Source of the DNA: an uncultured Bacteroidota bacterium | GTDB lineage: Bacteria; Bacteroidota; Bacteroidia; NS11-12g; UBA955 | NCBI GenBank assembly: GCA_903879775.1 | Contig: CAIRMY010000065.1 | Span: forward strand, 1-49,558 | Direction of reading: 5' to 3' | DNA: 49,558 nucleotides | Shown: piece by piece, positions 1 to 9,140 of the stretch | How the letters are laid out: every line of letters begins with the position of its first letter | How positions within the stretch are numbered: position 1 is the stretch's first letter | The notes under the pieces: model-generated | Database searches by the model: none | Told to the model about the DNA's origin: nothing | The model's input: only the letters and a program-made list of their open reading frames with translations | Position numbers and translations under genes: made by a program

Positions 1-570
1 CTTTGAAATTTCTAATTGATGTTTACAACCGAAATTAGCAATTTCCGAAAGCAAATTAGATTTTTCTGATACTGAATTATCCAAATTATTCATAGTTGCA
101 TGATTCAAACTTGGCATTTTAGGATCGTCAAAACCTACATAATCATAATTGTAATCATCTCTTAGCTCAGAGGAGTATTCAGGAGCAATAACTTCCTTAA
201 TTGAAGGAACTTGTTTGTCGAATTTTTTTTCATTCTCCAACTCTTTTGAAGAGCCTGCCGTTTCCGCTTGCTTTTGATCATTTTGATTGAAAGTTTCAAC
301 TGACTTGTTTTCAGACAAGACTCGTTGAGCATCATTCTTATCAACAGGTATATTTAAAGCAATAAACCCGACTAAAGCAATACCAGAAACCACAATCGAC
401 GCTTTTGAAACAACACCCAATTTGGAAAACCAATTTGTATTTGATGTTGCTAAGCTTGGCGCTTGCGGAAGCTGATTTGATATATTCGCCCAAGCAGAAC
501 CCGGTGGAACATCGGTGGCATTGCCCAATGTTTCACGAAAAATTTGATCGATATTTTGATTCTGCTCCAT
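1..570 (-). CDS. Putative single-pass anti-sigma factor / membrane protein, N-terminal 190 codons (ORF runs off the left edge)
   Basis: Absent from the ORF track because it has no stop inside the window. I checked every triplet of the minus-strand frame from ATG 570-568 down to position 1 and found no tta/cta/tca. The ATG overlaps the TAA stop of the ECF sigma gene by 1 nt (TAATG). Translation is MEQNQNIDQIFRETLGNATDVPPGSAWANISNQL...SKASIVVSGIALVGFIALNIP...: a short N-terminal segment followed by one hydrophobic helix, the usual anti-sigma layout. Confidence 0.45.
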   Translation of the reverse strand, partial: MEQNQNIDQIFRETLGNATDVPPGSAWANISNQLPQAPSLATSNTNWFSKLGVVSKASIVVSGIALVGFIALNIPVDKNDAQRVLSENKSVETFNQNDQKQAETAGSSKELENEKKFDKQVPSIKEVIAPEYSSELRDDYNYDYVGFDDPKMPSLNHATMNNLDNSVSEKSNLLSEIANFGCKHQLEISK

Positions 571-1106
571 TATTTAACAATTTGATTTTGAAGCCATTTT
601 CTAGCTTTAAACATTTGAGACTTACTGGTATTTTCAGTAATATTTAGCATTGAGGCAATTTCTGCATGTGAATATCCCTCAATTGCAAATAAGTTGAATA
701 CAGTTCTGTAGCCAACAGGAAGTTTACCCAATAACTGCATTAAATTTTTCACGTTAATCTCTGAAAGGATATCGCTATCAGAGGGCAAATTTGAATGCGC
801 ATCATTCAAGCTTTCATTAAATTTAGCCTTGCTTTTCTTCAAAGCGTCGAGACACTGATTCACACAAACGCGTTTCAACCACCCTTCTAGGGATCCTTCA
901 AATCTAAAATCGGTTAGTTTTTGAAAAATTTTAATCATGGCTTCTTGAAACATATCTTTTGCGGAATCTTCATCATCTGCATACCGTTTACAAATTGCAA
1001 ATAAAATCGGCGAAAACCTTTGATAAAACTGATACTGTGCAGCTTTGTCGCCCTGTATACAGGCCGCTAACATGATCGATTCCTCTGTTGTTTCCTTTGA
1101 TGTCAT
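570..1106 (-). CDS. ECF-type RNA polymerase sigma-70 factor
   Basis: 178 aa. Region-2-like segment QGDKAAQYQFYQRFSPILFAICKRY...MFQEAMIKIF. Region-4 HTH segment PVGYRTVFNLFAIEGYSHAEIASMLNITENTSKSQMFKARKWL. Confidence 0.85.
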   Translation of the reverse strand: MTSKETTEESIMLAACIQGDKAAQYQFYQRFSPILFAICKRYADDEDSAKDMFQEAMIKIFQKLTDFRFEGSLEGWLKRVCVNQCLDALKKSKAKFNESLNDAHSNLPSDSDILSEINVKNLMQLLGKLPVGYRTVFNLFAIEGYSHAEIASMLNITENTSKSQMFKARKWLQNQIVK

Positions 1107-1174
1107 TTGCCCTTCTCATGGCTCAGATTTCTAACAAGATGCCTATGAGCATCAAAAAGTTGCCTAAGCTATAA

Positions 1175-2284
1175 TTATTTTTTCAAGTTTCTTGCAACTA
1201 CAAAAGACAAGTCTGTCAAAACCATTTTTGCATTTGCATTTCTCTCAATATTTGAGATGGCATCTTCAATGCCTAAAATTATTTTTTCGAGTTGGGATAT
1301 TGGAATATCTAAACTGCTAAATTTCTGAATAAAATCTTGCTCTTGTGCAGACCATGAACCCGCTTGCTTACGAAATCCAAAAACCATAATGCCACGAAGA
1401 ATTTCGAGTCCATACAAAAAGAAACTTTTCAATGTTTCACGTCCAATTCCCGACATTTCATCTGCCCATTTCACAGCATCTCCCATTTTTCTTGTGTAAC
1501 AAATGCTCATCCAATTACGCCACTGCTGAAAATATGGATTCTCGGTTTCCTGAGTTAAAGATTTTGCGAGATTTAAGTCACCTTGCGACATCAGTGCAAA
1601 TCGGGAACCATTCACTTCATCTACTTCAAACTCACGCATGAGATATGAGGAAATATCGTCTGTTTTTATTGGAGGGACACGTACCGGCTGGGTTCTAGAA
1701 ATAATTGTATTCAATATTCGATCCGACTTTTCTCCTACCAGCAAGAACAAGGTATTTTGAGGTGGTTCTTCAATAATTTTTAGAAGAACGTTGCCTTCTT
1801 GGCCCATGTATTCGGGAAGCCATAACACCAAGACTTTAAATTCTGATTCAAATGGCTTTAACGACAATCCACGAATGATGGACCGAAGTTCCCGAATTGG
1901 AATGTTTCCTTGCTTATTTTCGGCATCCATGTGCTGCATCCATCCCTCAAAATTCATGTAAGGATTGATTGCCAAAGCAGCACGCCATTCTTTCATATAA
2001 TCGCTGGCTAAATCATCTTTAACTTTTGTTGGATATGGAAAACTAAAATGCAAATCTGGATGCGTATATGTTTCGTACTTTCTGCAGGATGAACATTCGC
2101 CGCAACTATCGTTTTCTTGTCTTTTCAAACAAGAAACATACTGTGCATATGCCAATGCCATGGGTAAAGTTCCACTACCTGGCTTGCCTAGAAAAAGCTG
2201 CGCATGCGGTATTCTACCTGCATTCACACCATCTATTAATTGCTTTTTGAGAGACGTTTGTCCTACAACTTTATAAAACCTCAT
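1175..2284 (-). CDS. holB: DNA polymerase III delta-prime subunit
   Basis: Clamp-loader motif GRIPHAQLFLGKPGSG, Cys cluster CLKRQENDSCGECSSC, and TIISRTQPV sensor motif. The track starts at TTG 2287. ATG 2284 (MRFYKVV) is more likely and overlaps the lgt TGA stop by 1 nt. Confidence 0.8.
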   Translation of the reverse strand: MRFYKVVGQTSLKKQLIDGVNAGRIPHAQLFLGKPGSGTLPMALAYAQYVSCLKRQENDSCGECSSCRKYETYTHPDLHFSFPYPTKVKDDLASDYMKEWRAALAINPYMNFEGWMQHMDAENKQGNIPIRELRSIIRGLSLKPFESEFKVLVLWLPEYMGQEGNVLLKIIEEPPQNTLFLLVGEKSDRILNTIISRTQPVRVPPIKTDDISSYLMREFEVDEVNGSRFALMSQGDLNLAKSLTQETENPYFQQWRNWMSICYTRKMGDAVKWADEMSGIGRETLKSFFLYGLEILRGIMVFGFRKQAGSWSAQEQDFIQKFSSLDIPISQLEKIILGIEDAISNIERNANAKMVLTDLSFVVARNLKK

Positions 2285-3060
2285 CAATAACTAATTTTAT
2301 GTTTGCGCAAACGATTCACATAGACGATAAAGCAAGTTAAAATAACCAAAACCGCAATAAACTGACTATGGGTTAACACATCTTGTATGATGTAGCCCCT
2401 TGATTCATCGCCACGATAATTTTCAGTGATAAATCGCACTATTCCATATAAAATTCCATAGATTAAGAAAAGTTCTCCATTGAATTTTTTATATTGACTG
2501 TAAATATACATAAAAGCTACAATCGTTAGAATTGCCAATGAATCCCACAATTGAACTGGGTATAAAGGCACATTTAAAGGATTAGCGGCAGATTTTGGAT
2601 TGGTAAATATCACACCTAAATTGGGTGAACACGGTATTCCATGGCAACACCCTGCCATAAAGCAACCAATTTTGCCAAAGCCATGAACGAGCGCACCAGC
2701 AATTGCAATATAATCAAAACCTACAGCCACTGAAATTTTATGTTTCCTAAACCACCATACGAGTAAAGGTATGGTCACTAAAAAAGATCCGTAGAATACA
2801 AAACCTTGACCTAAATTTTTTACCATTTCCGAAGGATTCGATAAAAAATACATTGGTTTTTCTAGATAATAAAAAAGCTTCCCACCAACGAAAACCGAAG
2901 CAAAGCACCAGAGAAATAGTTCACTAATATCATCGATTGACAAATTGATTTTTTTTCTTTTAAAATAGAAGAAAAGGAATGCCATAAGAACACCGAGCAT
3001 AATAAAAAAGCCATAACTAAATACAACAAAATTACCTATGTGGAACAACTCAGGATACAT
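2284..3060 (-). CDS. lgt: Prolipoprotein diacylglyceryl transferase
   Basis: 258-aa polytopic membrane protein. N-terminus is MYPELFHIGNFVVFSYGFFIMLG and it has the Lgt-type FGKIGCFMAGCCHG motif. Confidence 0.88.
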   Translation of the reverse strand: MYPELFHIGNFVVFSYGFFIMLGVLMAFLFFYFKRKKINLSIDDISELFLWCFASVFVGGKLFYYLEKPMYFLSNPSEMVKNLGQGFVFYGSFLVTIPLLVWWFRKHKISVAVGFDYIAIAGALVHGFGKIGCFMAGCCHGIPCSPNLGVIFTNPKSAANPLNVPLYPVQLWDSLAILTIVAFMYIYSQYKKFNGELFLIYGILYGIVRFITENYRGDESRGYIIQDVLTHSQFIAVLVILTCFIVYVNRLRKHKISY

Positions 3061-3065
3061 GAATA

Positions 3066-3073
3066 CAAATGTA
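3066..3073 (-). promoter_or_regulatory. Bacteroidota -7 box (TAnnTTTG) upstream of lgt
   Basis: Plus strand caaatgta = minus strand TACATTTG, 5 nt from the lgt ATG (3060). Confidence 0.45.
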
Positions 3074-3094
3074 GACGAATTGAAGAAAGAATGG

Positions 3095-3487
3095 TTAAAT
3101 GAAAGCTTTTATTTTAGCCGCAATTTGGGCCAATTCATCTTGTGAAGGCTGAAGTTTTGCTCGGGTAAAATTCAAATCATCGGCTGAATTTATTGGCACT
3201 AAATGAATATGCGTATGAGGAACTTCCAATCCAATTACTGAGGTTCCAATACGTTTACAGGGAATTGCAGATTTTATGGCTTTGGCAACAGGCATAGCAA
3301 ATGCCCAAAGTGCTTTTAATTGATCTTCAGACATATCGAAAATGTAATCCATCTCTGCTTTTGGCAAACATAGTACATGTCCCATCACCAAAGGTGAAAT
3401 ATCTAAAAACGCAATATGCGCATCATCTTCATGAATTTTATGGCAAGGAATTTCACCAGCTATAATTTTGGAGAAGATTGTAGACAT
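3095..3487 (-). CDS. HIT-family (histidine triad) nucleotide-binding protein
   Basis: 130 aa. Histidine triad HTHIHLVP, with HVLCLPK upstream of it. Confidence 0.85.
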   Translation of the reverse strand: MSTIFSKIIAGEIPCHKIHEDDAHIAFLDISPLVMGHVLCLPKAEMDYIFDMSEDQLKALWAFAMPVAKAIKSAIPCKRIGTSVIGLEVPHTHIHLVPINSADDLNFTRAKLQPSQDELAQIAAKIKAFI

Positions 3488-3495
3488 AAAAAGAA

Positions 3496-3969
3496 TTAAA
3501 CGAAAATTTCCAGAATTTCCAATTTCACGACACCCGCAGGCACTTGAATTTCAATAACTTCACCAACTGCATGACCCAACAAACCTGCGCCAATAGCGCT
3601 TTTTACAGAAATTTTATTCTCTTTAAGATTGGCTTCTTTTTCAGATACCAACATATAAACAGCCTCTTTTCCAACGTTATGATTTCTAACTTTCACTTTG
3701 CATAGGATACTTACTTTACTGGTGTCGAGTTGAGTGGCATCAATCACACGTGCATTCGCCAACAAACTATCCATTTGAGCAATTCGATCTTCTAGGTGAC
3801 CTTGTTCTTCCTTAGCAGCATCATATTCGGCATTCTCACTTAAATCGCCTTTATCTCTCGCTTCTGCAATTGCCTGAATAATCTTAGGACGCTCAATATG
3901 CTTTAACTGATAAAGTTCTTCCTTAATTGCGTCTAGACCCTCTTGGGTAAAATATTGAATGTTGCTCAT
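3496..3969 (-). CDS. greA: Transcription elongation factor GreA
   Basis: 157 aa. N-terminal coiled-coil region with GDLSENAEYDAAKEEQ, and a C-terminal globular domain of typical GreA length. Confidence 0.95.
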   Translation of the reverse strand: MSNIQYFTQEGLDAIKEELYQLKHIERPKIIQAIAEARDKGDLSENAEYDAAKEEQGHLEDRIAQMDSLLANARVIDATQLDTSKVSILCKVKVRNHNVGKEAVYMLVSEKEANLKENKISVKSAIGAGLLGHAVGEVIEIQVPAGVVKLEILEIFV

Positions 3970-3996
3970 TTTGTTTGTTTTAAAAGCTAATTGACT

Positions 3997-4037
3997 AAAA
4001 AAAATGTTGCATCAATGCGAACATTGATGCAACATTT
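3997..4037 (-). terminator. Rho-independent terminator closing the 12881->4064 operon
   Basis: Perfect 14-bp stem atgttgcatcaatg (4004-4017) / cattgatgcaacat (4022-4035) with loop cgaa, extendable by 2 A-T pairs. On the minus strand it is followed by a run of T (plus-strand a-run 3997-4003). Confidence 0.85.
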
Positions 4038-4063
4038 ATACAAATATAATAAATTTTTAATTG

Positions 4064-5191
4064 TTATTTCGATGTACCTAAACCAATTCTAATTCCAAAA
4101 GAGTGTATTCCACCAAAAGGATTTGTAAAACGGTAACTATAGTCTAAAGAAACAACACTTTCGTTATCGTCGTCACCATCTATATGCCAATCGTAACTGA
4201 TACCAGCAAAAGGACCAGTTAATGCAGACGTTCTAGTTTCTTCATCAAATATTCCTTCCTGATAAGTATAACCGCCACGAAGCATCAACATGTTTTTATA
4301 AGCATATTCAGCCGATAATGTGGTTTGGTTAGCACTAAATGCGTTGTTGGTAAACCCAAAACCAAGTGTCAAACGATTGTCGTATTGCTTAGGGTCATTA
4401 TCCAATTTTACATCATAAGAAGCAGCAATATTTAACATTGCCGGCATTTTGATTGAAGTTGTTTTCACTTCCATGGTTTTGTCATAGCTCCCATTTTGAA
4501 TAAGCGCTTTAAAACTTAAACCATCGCCAGAGAAATCCATATCCGGACCAATATTCTTGATCGAAATACCAAACTTAAAGTCGTTCTTTTTAAGTTTACT
4601 TGCGCCAGGACTTAAAGTAGTAGCATATTGAACCCCCGCGTCTAAAACCATGCCGGTAGCAGAAGCATCTGGAATGCCTTCTGTGACCATTCTTGCAGTG
4701 ATCCCCGCTGAAATGGTTCTGCTAAAACTTTTTGAATACGACAAAGCAATATTTGTCATGTTCACTCTATAAGTTCCTATTCCGCCGTATGGATTTGTTT
4801 CTGTTGTAATTTCAATTGGGTCAATACCAAATTGCATAATTTGAACACCAATAGTACCTGCATCGTCATCTTCGCCAAGTTTTTGAGCAAATCCAACATT
4901 GTTAATGCCAATACCAGATCCAACCAACCATTCCGTACGGCTGAATATCAATTCGGTACGGTTAATCATGCGATCTAACCCCGCTACATTCATAAACATA
5001 GCTTCAACGCCCATTACAGATCCACCATTAGACCAACCCATTCCTGAACTACGACTCCAACCGTTGATGGTTAATTGCGCAGCACCAGCTTGACCTTGTC
5101 TTTCTGGGTTACCAGCAAAAGCCTTATTGCTCAGACCACCCAATATCAGAGAAAGTCCTATTGCGTATATATGATTTAATTTTAATTTCAT
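4064..5191 (-). CDS. PorV/PorQ/FadL-like outer-membrane beta-barrel protein
   Basis: Signal peptide MKLKLNHIYAIGLSLILGGLSNKAFA. N-terminal signature AAQLTINGWSRSSGMGW...VEAMFMNVAGL resembles the PorV/PorQ-type barrel signature. Alternating hydrophobic strands run to the C-terminus (HSFGIRIGLGTSK). Confidence 0.5.
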   Translation of the reverse strand: MKLKLNHIYAIGLSLILGGLSNKAFAGNPERQGQAGAAQLTINGWSRSSGMGWSNGGSVMGVEAMFMNVAGLDRMINRTELIFSRTEWLVGSGIGINNVGFAQKLGEDDDAGTIGVQIMQFGIDPIEITTETNPYGGIGTYRVNMTNIALSYSKSFSRTISAGITARMVTEGIPDASATGMVLDAGVQYATTLSPGASKLKKNDFKFGISIKNIGPDMDFSGDGLSFKALIQNGSYDKTMEVKTTSIKMPAMLNIAASYDVKLDNDPKQYDNRLTLGFGFTNNAFSANQTTLSAEYAYKNMLMLRGGYTYQEGIFDEETRTSALTGPFAGISYDWHIDGDDDNESVVSLDYSYRFTNPFGGIHSFGIRIGLGTSK

Positions 5192-5202
5192 CTTTTAAAT
5201 TA

Positions 5203-8200
5203 TTAATAGGTATCTAAATCTACAGCATGCATAATACCATACCATCTTACAATTTTCTCGCCTAAATCTTTGGCTTTTACATGTATCAAATACAAACCAC
5301 TGGAAATTGGAACATTGCTGTTATTTTTCAAATCCCACTGGTAATATGTATCCGTATCATCTTTTTTAACCTTACGAATTAAATTACCCGCCATATCAAA
5401 AATTGTGATTGTACAAGTTGGAGGCAAATTGGTAATTTTAACTCGAGAATCTACAGGGCTATTTTCATATTCGCTGTAACCTCTATATGGGTTAGGAACT
5501 ACATTTACCATATCCAAAGATTTCTTACCAGCGGCTTCTGTTAATTTAGGAGCAATCGTTGCGCCATCAAAATTATATCTAGGCAATGTGTACAAAGGCT
5601 TACCAGCTCCATCTAATTCAGCACTTGCGTAAGTTGTATAAGCTTTCTTAACACGTACTTTTATTTTCACGTCTGTTGGTGGAACACCGTTAACCATTTT
5701 ATAACCACCTGCTAAATAAGTAGGAATCACCCAATTTACTTGAGATAAAATTCTAGTCTTCTCACTCGTGCTAGGAGCACCTCCTGCAGCCGTGGCTTCT
5801 AAACCAGTTCTAAATCTTGTAAAATCTCCATCTCCTTCACCTAAGTATCTAGATCCTTGTACGTTACGAGCAATACCATGTCTGCCGGTTCCAAAAATAT
5901 AGATGAAATGCTTTCCACCAATTGCTGGGTAGTTTCCATTATCATTAAATACATTATCGGTTGGGTTCCAGATCATGTCTCTGCCATTTTCACCAGCCAA
6001 GTAACTATCTTCTCCAAAAGCAATTGCCAAACGTTCACCCGTTTCCAAGTTTATTGCATAGCCAGGGAACCAACCTAATCCTTTATTTCCAGCTATATCC
6101 AAACCGTCTTTATCTTTAGAAGTACCCCAACGCATGTTAAATTTAGCCATTTGACCTTCTGTACTGTTTTTAACCTCGTCGTCTCCCATTTCTATGACTG
6201 GACAACGTGTCCATTTACTTTTATCTTTGGTAATTACCAATTCAAAGCTATTTAACTCTGCCATCGGATTTTGCAACCATGTTGCGTTACCCGACCATGC
6301 AAATCCATAAGTATTGGCTCCCGTAGTGGCACTATACTTTTCACGTGCAGTTAAACCATAAGGTGCAATTCTACCATTCCAAATACGCTCATACGCCTGA
6401 CCTGGATCAACTGGCGTAGAACCATCTGATAAGAAAAAGTCATGCGAATATCCGTCGAAAGGAGTCGCCCCACGGCCAGCATTACCTGCTCGAATCCAAT
6501 TTGTCCAAGGATTTGAAGCTGGAGCAGCATCGTTATCAACCACGGCAGTTAACCATTGTTTGCCATTATCTTCCCATTCAATAGACCAATCAATTAAACC
6601 ATTCGATGGATCAGCAACTCCATTCTCACCTGGGTTAAAAGTTTGCGTAATTTCAATACTCAAACCCCAATCTGCCAAAGTTTCTTTGGTTCTATTGTTC
6701 GAACCTTTTTTACCCTGAACAGATTCAAAGCGGTATGCCAATGTAGTATCTGAAAAAATGGTATCGTTACCCAATGGATCGTGTTTTACCAAAATCCACT
6801 GTGTATTTTTTGTAATAGAATCTTTTAAACCAGCAGTAATTGATGCCTTATTCTCTTTCATGTACAATTCGAATTTGGCATTTGGAACTTTCAAAGGATC
6901 AACAACTTTAACATTTACAGGTCCGGCACCTCCAATATAAGTTGGAGTGTTATCAAACCCATTTTTCAAAATTGTATCAATTGTTTCTTTAGTAAATTCC
7001 AATGCATTTCCACCATTTCCTCTACCAGCGATTCGATTTAAACTTGGACCACTGCCGTATCCAGAATTTAATTCAGTACCAAAATTTTCCGGAATTGGAT
7101 CATGAGGGACAGTGGCGTAAACTTTAATATTTCTGCGACCTGCCAAGAATTGGTTTGGATCAATTTGCAAAGAGTCATCAGACAAAATTGCATAACTCAT
7201 AACCAAATAGTAGTATTTCTTGAAGTCAATTAAACGCGTATTAGAACTAGTAGAAAACAAATCATTCTTAATGCTGTACGTATGTTGTACACCTTTATCT
7301 GAACCATCAACTTTTTCTACTGGTATTAACTGAGCCAATTTTGGATCGAATACACGGTTAATGATTTGACCTCTATTGTTTTTAATGTCACATTGAAACA
7401 ACAAACGAGCTTTGTCTACATTTTCTAAATCTCCGGTATTTACAGTTGCATCTTTTAACTGATACACCAAATATCCTTCAAATTTATATGTTTTTATTTT
7501 GTTGTTCGCATCCTTATATATCTCTTTGTAATTTTCAACTTTGCTAGAATTTGTGTTCAAAAACTTCATCACCAATTCTTGGTTTAATTCCTGAATTTCA
7601 ATATCTGGTGCATTTGGACCATCCAAAATTTTGAAATTATTGTTAAACAATGTTTGAGCCTTATCTGATGCCAATTGTAATAAACGCAATGAACCTGTTC
7701 CCAAGCATGGAGCACCTGCTCCACCACTTGTGGTTCTCGCCCAAACAACACCAACTGTTATACGTTGAACTTGACCTGGACGTAACAAGAAAGGTCCGGT
7801 AGACTGGATAAAACGACGGTCACCAGGACGGTTACCAGCAGATTTTTCATCCCAACATTCTCCCACAAAACCTGGATCGGTACTACCAGGAAACATATAA
7901 TTACAAACCCTAGAGCCTCCAAAGCCATTTCCACCCCAAGTTACATTTTGTCCACCTGCCCATTTTCCCATCAGGAAGTTGTAATAAGCATTGGCATTTC
8001 TTGGATTACCAGTAACAGGGTCACTCGTATTGTTGTAATACATAAAGTGACTCAAACCCATTTGTTTTCCTGCAGTATCTGTTGGACCTTCAAAATAGTC
8101 AACTCCAATGGTTGGTGGATTCAATCCATAACCCAAAACACCCTCATCATCATCATCACCATTATAACAATATCCAAGACCACGGCCTACATCACAACCT

Positions 8201-9117
8201 ACATAGTCATCAGCATAGTTACCTAAATCGGCATCTACCCATTGTCCCATGTAACAATCATTCAACGTTGTAAAACCACGGTTGATAATTTTTGTGGTGT
8301 AGAATGTCATATTGTTCACTTCGTCATTTGTTGAAAATGCAAAAGCTGTTGTTTGACACTCAATACCAATTGCTTGGCCTGTAGTTTCAGAGTGAATATT
8401 TCCTTTATCGTTATAAACCCACCAAATAAACATATCTGGTTGACGGTCCACACCATTTTCAATTACCGGTCTACGCTCATCAATTACAGGATGTTCACCA
8501 TCCATTGGTTCGTATAGATTATTCCCGTTGATATCTTTAAATGGCGCCATAAATTCTGACTCATTGCCTACTTTCACAGAACGGTCAGCACCAGCTGGCC
8601 AATCGCGAATACCTGCACTTTGAGTTAGAAATTTACTATTCGCAAACTCTTCCAATTCATCGCGGGTTACTTTCCACATTTTGTCGTAAGACTTACAACG
8701 CAATGGGTCTGTAGCCGCTGTAGAAGTATCCAAAGGTCCTGGCCAAAAATCTGAACCATTTTGACGGTAAGTCATGGCAGCCAATTTCAAACTACCACCA
8801 TTGTCTTTACCTCCAATCCAAATAGCACCACTAAACAATGAATGTTTTCTAACCGCGTTAGGATCATTAATTTTAGGAACTTCATATTTAGGATTGTTCA
8901 AATCCCACCACATATCACCACCGTTCAATAATTTCGTACGAACGTTGTTAATATCCAAGTCAACTGATTGAGATGCAGGATCACAGGTGTTTGCAAATGA
9001 TCCAGCGCGTCTGTCAATTTTCGGTTTGATTGTTTTACCTGTTAAGTTTTCAATTGGACGAGCCGCCAACGATTGAAAAGCCAACAAACCTAAAACGTAT
9101 ATACCAATTCTTTTCAT
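5203..9117 (-). CDS. Large secreted protein of unknown function with a T9SS-CTD / FlgD-Ig-like C-terminal domain
   Basis: About 1304 aa. Signal peptide MKRIGIYVLGLLAFQSLAA; the track begins two codons earlier at TTG 9123. I found no recognisable catalytic motif. The C-terminal ~95 aa (VVPNPYRGYSEYE...ITIFDMAGNLIRKV...WDLKNNSNVPISSGLYLIHVKA) matches the pattern of type IX secretion sorting domains. Confidence 0.45.
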   Translation of the reverse strand: MKRIGIYVLGLLAFQSLAARPIENLTGKTIKPKIDRRAGSFANTCDPASQSVDLDINNVRTKLLNGGDMWWDLNNPKYEVPKINDPNAVRKHSLFSGAIWIGGKDNGGSLKLAAMTYRQNGSDFWPGPLDTSTAATDPLRCKSYDKMWKVTRDELEEFANSKFLTQSAGIRDWPAGADRSVKVGNESEFMAPFKDINGNNLYEPMDGEHPVIDERRPVIENGVDRQPDMFIWWVYNDKGNIHSETTGQAIGIECQTTAFAFSTNDEVNNMTFYTTKIINRGFTTLNDCYMGQWVDADLGNYADDYVGCDVGRGLGYCYNGDDDDEGVLGYGLNPPTIGVDYFEGPTDTAGKQMGLSHFMYYNNTSDPVTGNPRNANAYYNFLMGKWAGGQNVTWGGNGFGGSRVCNYMFPGSTDPGFVGECWDEKSAGNRPGDRRFIQSTGPFLLRPGQVQRITVGVVWARTTSGGAGAPCLGTGSLRLLQLASDKAQTLFNNNFKILDGPNAPDIEIQELNQELVMKFLNTNSSKVENYKEIYKDANNKIKTYKFEGYLVYQLKDATVNTGDLENVDKARLLFQCDIKNNRGQIINRVFDPKLAQLIPVEKVDGSDKGVQHTYSIKNDLFSTSSNTRLIDFKKYYYLVMSYAILSDDSLQIDPNQFLAGRRNIKVYATVPHDPIPENFGTELNSGYGSGPSLNRIAGRGNGGNALEFTKETIDTILKNGFDNTPTYIGGAGPVNVKVVDPLKVPNAKFELYMKENKASITAGLKDSITKNTQWILVKHDPLGNDTIFSDTTLAYRFESVQGKKGSNNRTKETLADWGLSIEITQTFNPGENGVADPSNGLIDWSIEWEDNGKQWLTAVVDNDAAPASNPWTNWIRAGNAGRGATPFDGYSHDFFLSDGSTPVDPGQAYERIWNGRIAPYGLTAREKYSATTGANTYGFAWSGNATWLQNPMAELNSFELVITKDKSKWTRCPVIEMGDDEVKNSTEGQMAKFNMRWGTSKDKDGLDIAGNKGLGWFPGYAINLETGERLAIAFGEDSYLAGENGRDMIWNPTDNVFNDNGNYPAIGGKHFIYIFGTGRHGIARNVQGSRYLGEGDGDFTRFRTGLEATAAGGAPSTSEKTRILSQVNWVIPTYLAGGYKMVNGVPPTDVKIKVRVKKAYTTYASAELDGAGKPLYTLPRYNFDGATIAPKLTEAAGKKSLDMVNVVPNPYRGYSEYENSPVDSRVKITNLPPTCTITIFDMAGNLIRKVKKDDTDTYYQWDLKNNSNVPISSGLYLIHVKAKDLGEKIVRWYGIMHAVDLDTY

Positions 9118-9140
9118 AATCAATTTTTTAATGTTTTAAA

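Noticed and set aside
5203-9123. Possibility that the 1306-aa + 375-aa gene pair is simply the known porU-porV (T9SS sortase + shuttle) pair.
   Set aside because: By eye the 1306-aa protein shows none of the gingipain/C25-like features I associate with PorU. The barrel's N-terminal motif also differs from canonical PorV (…TAVPFL.I..DAR..GMGD…). I cannot exclude the possibility without HMM searches, so it is listed as the refutation test for that finding.
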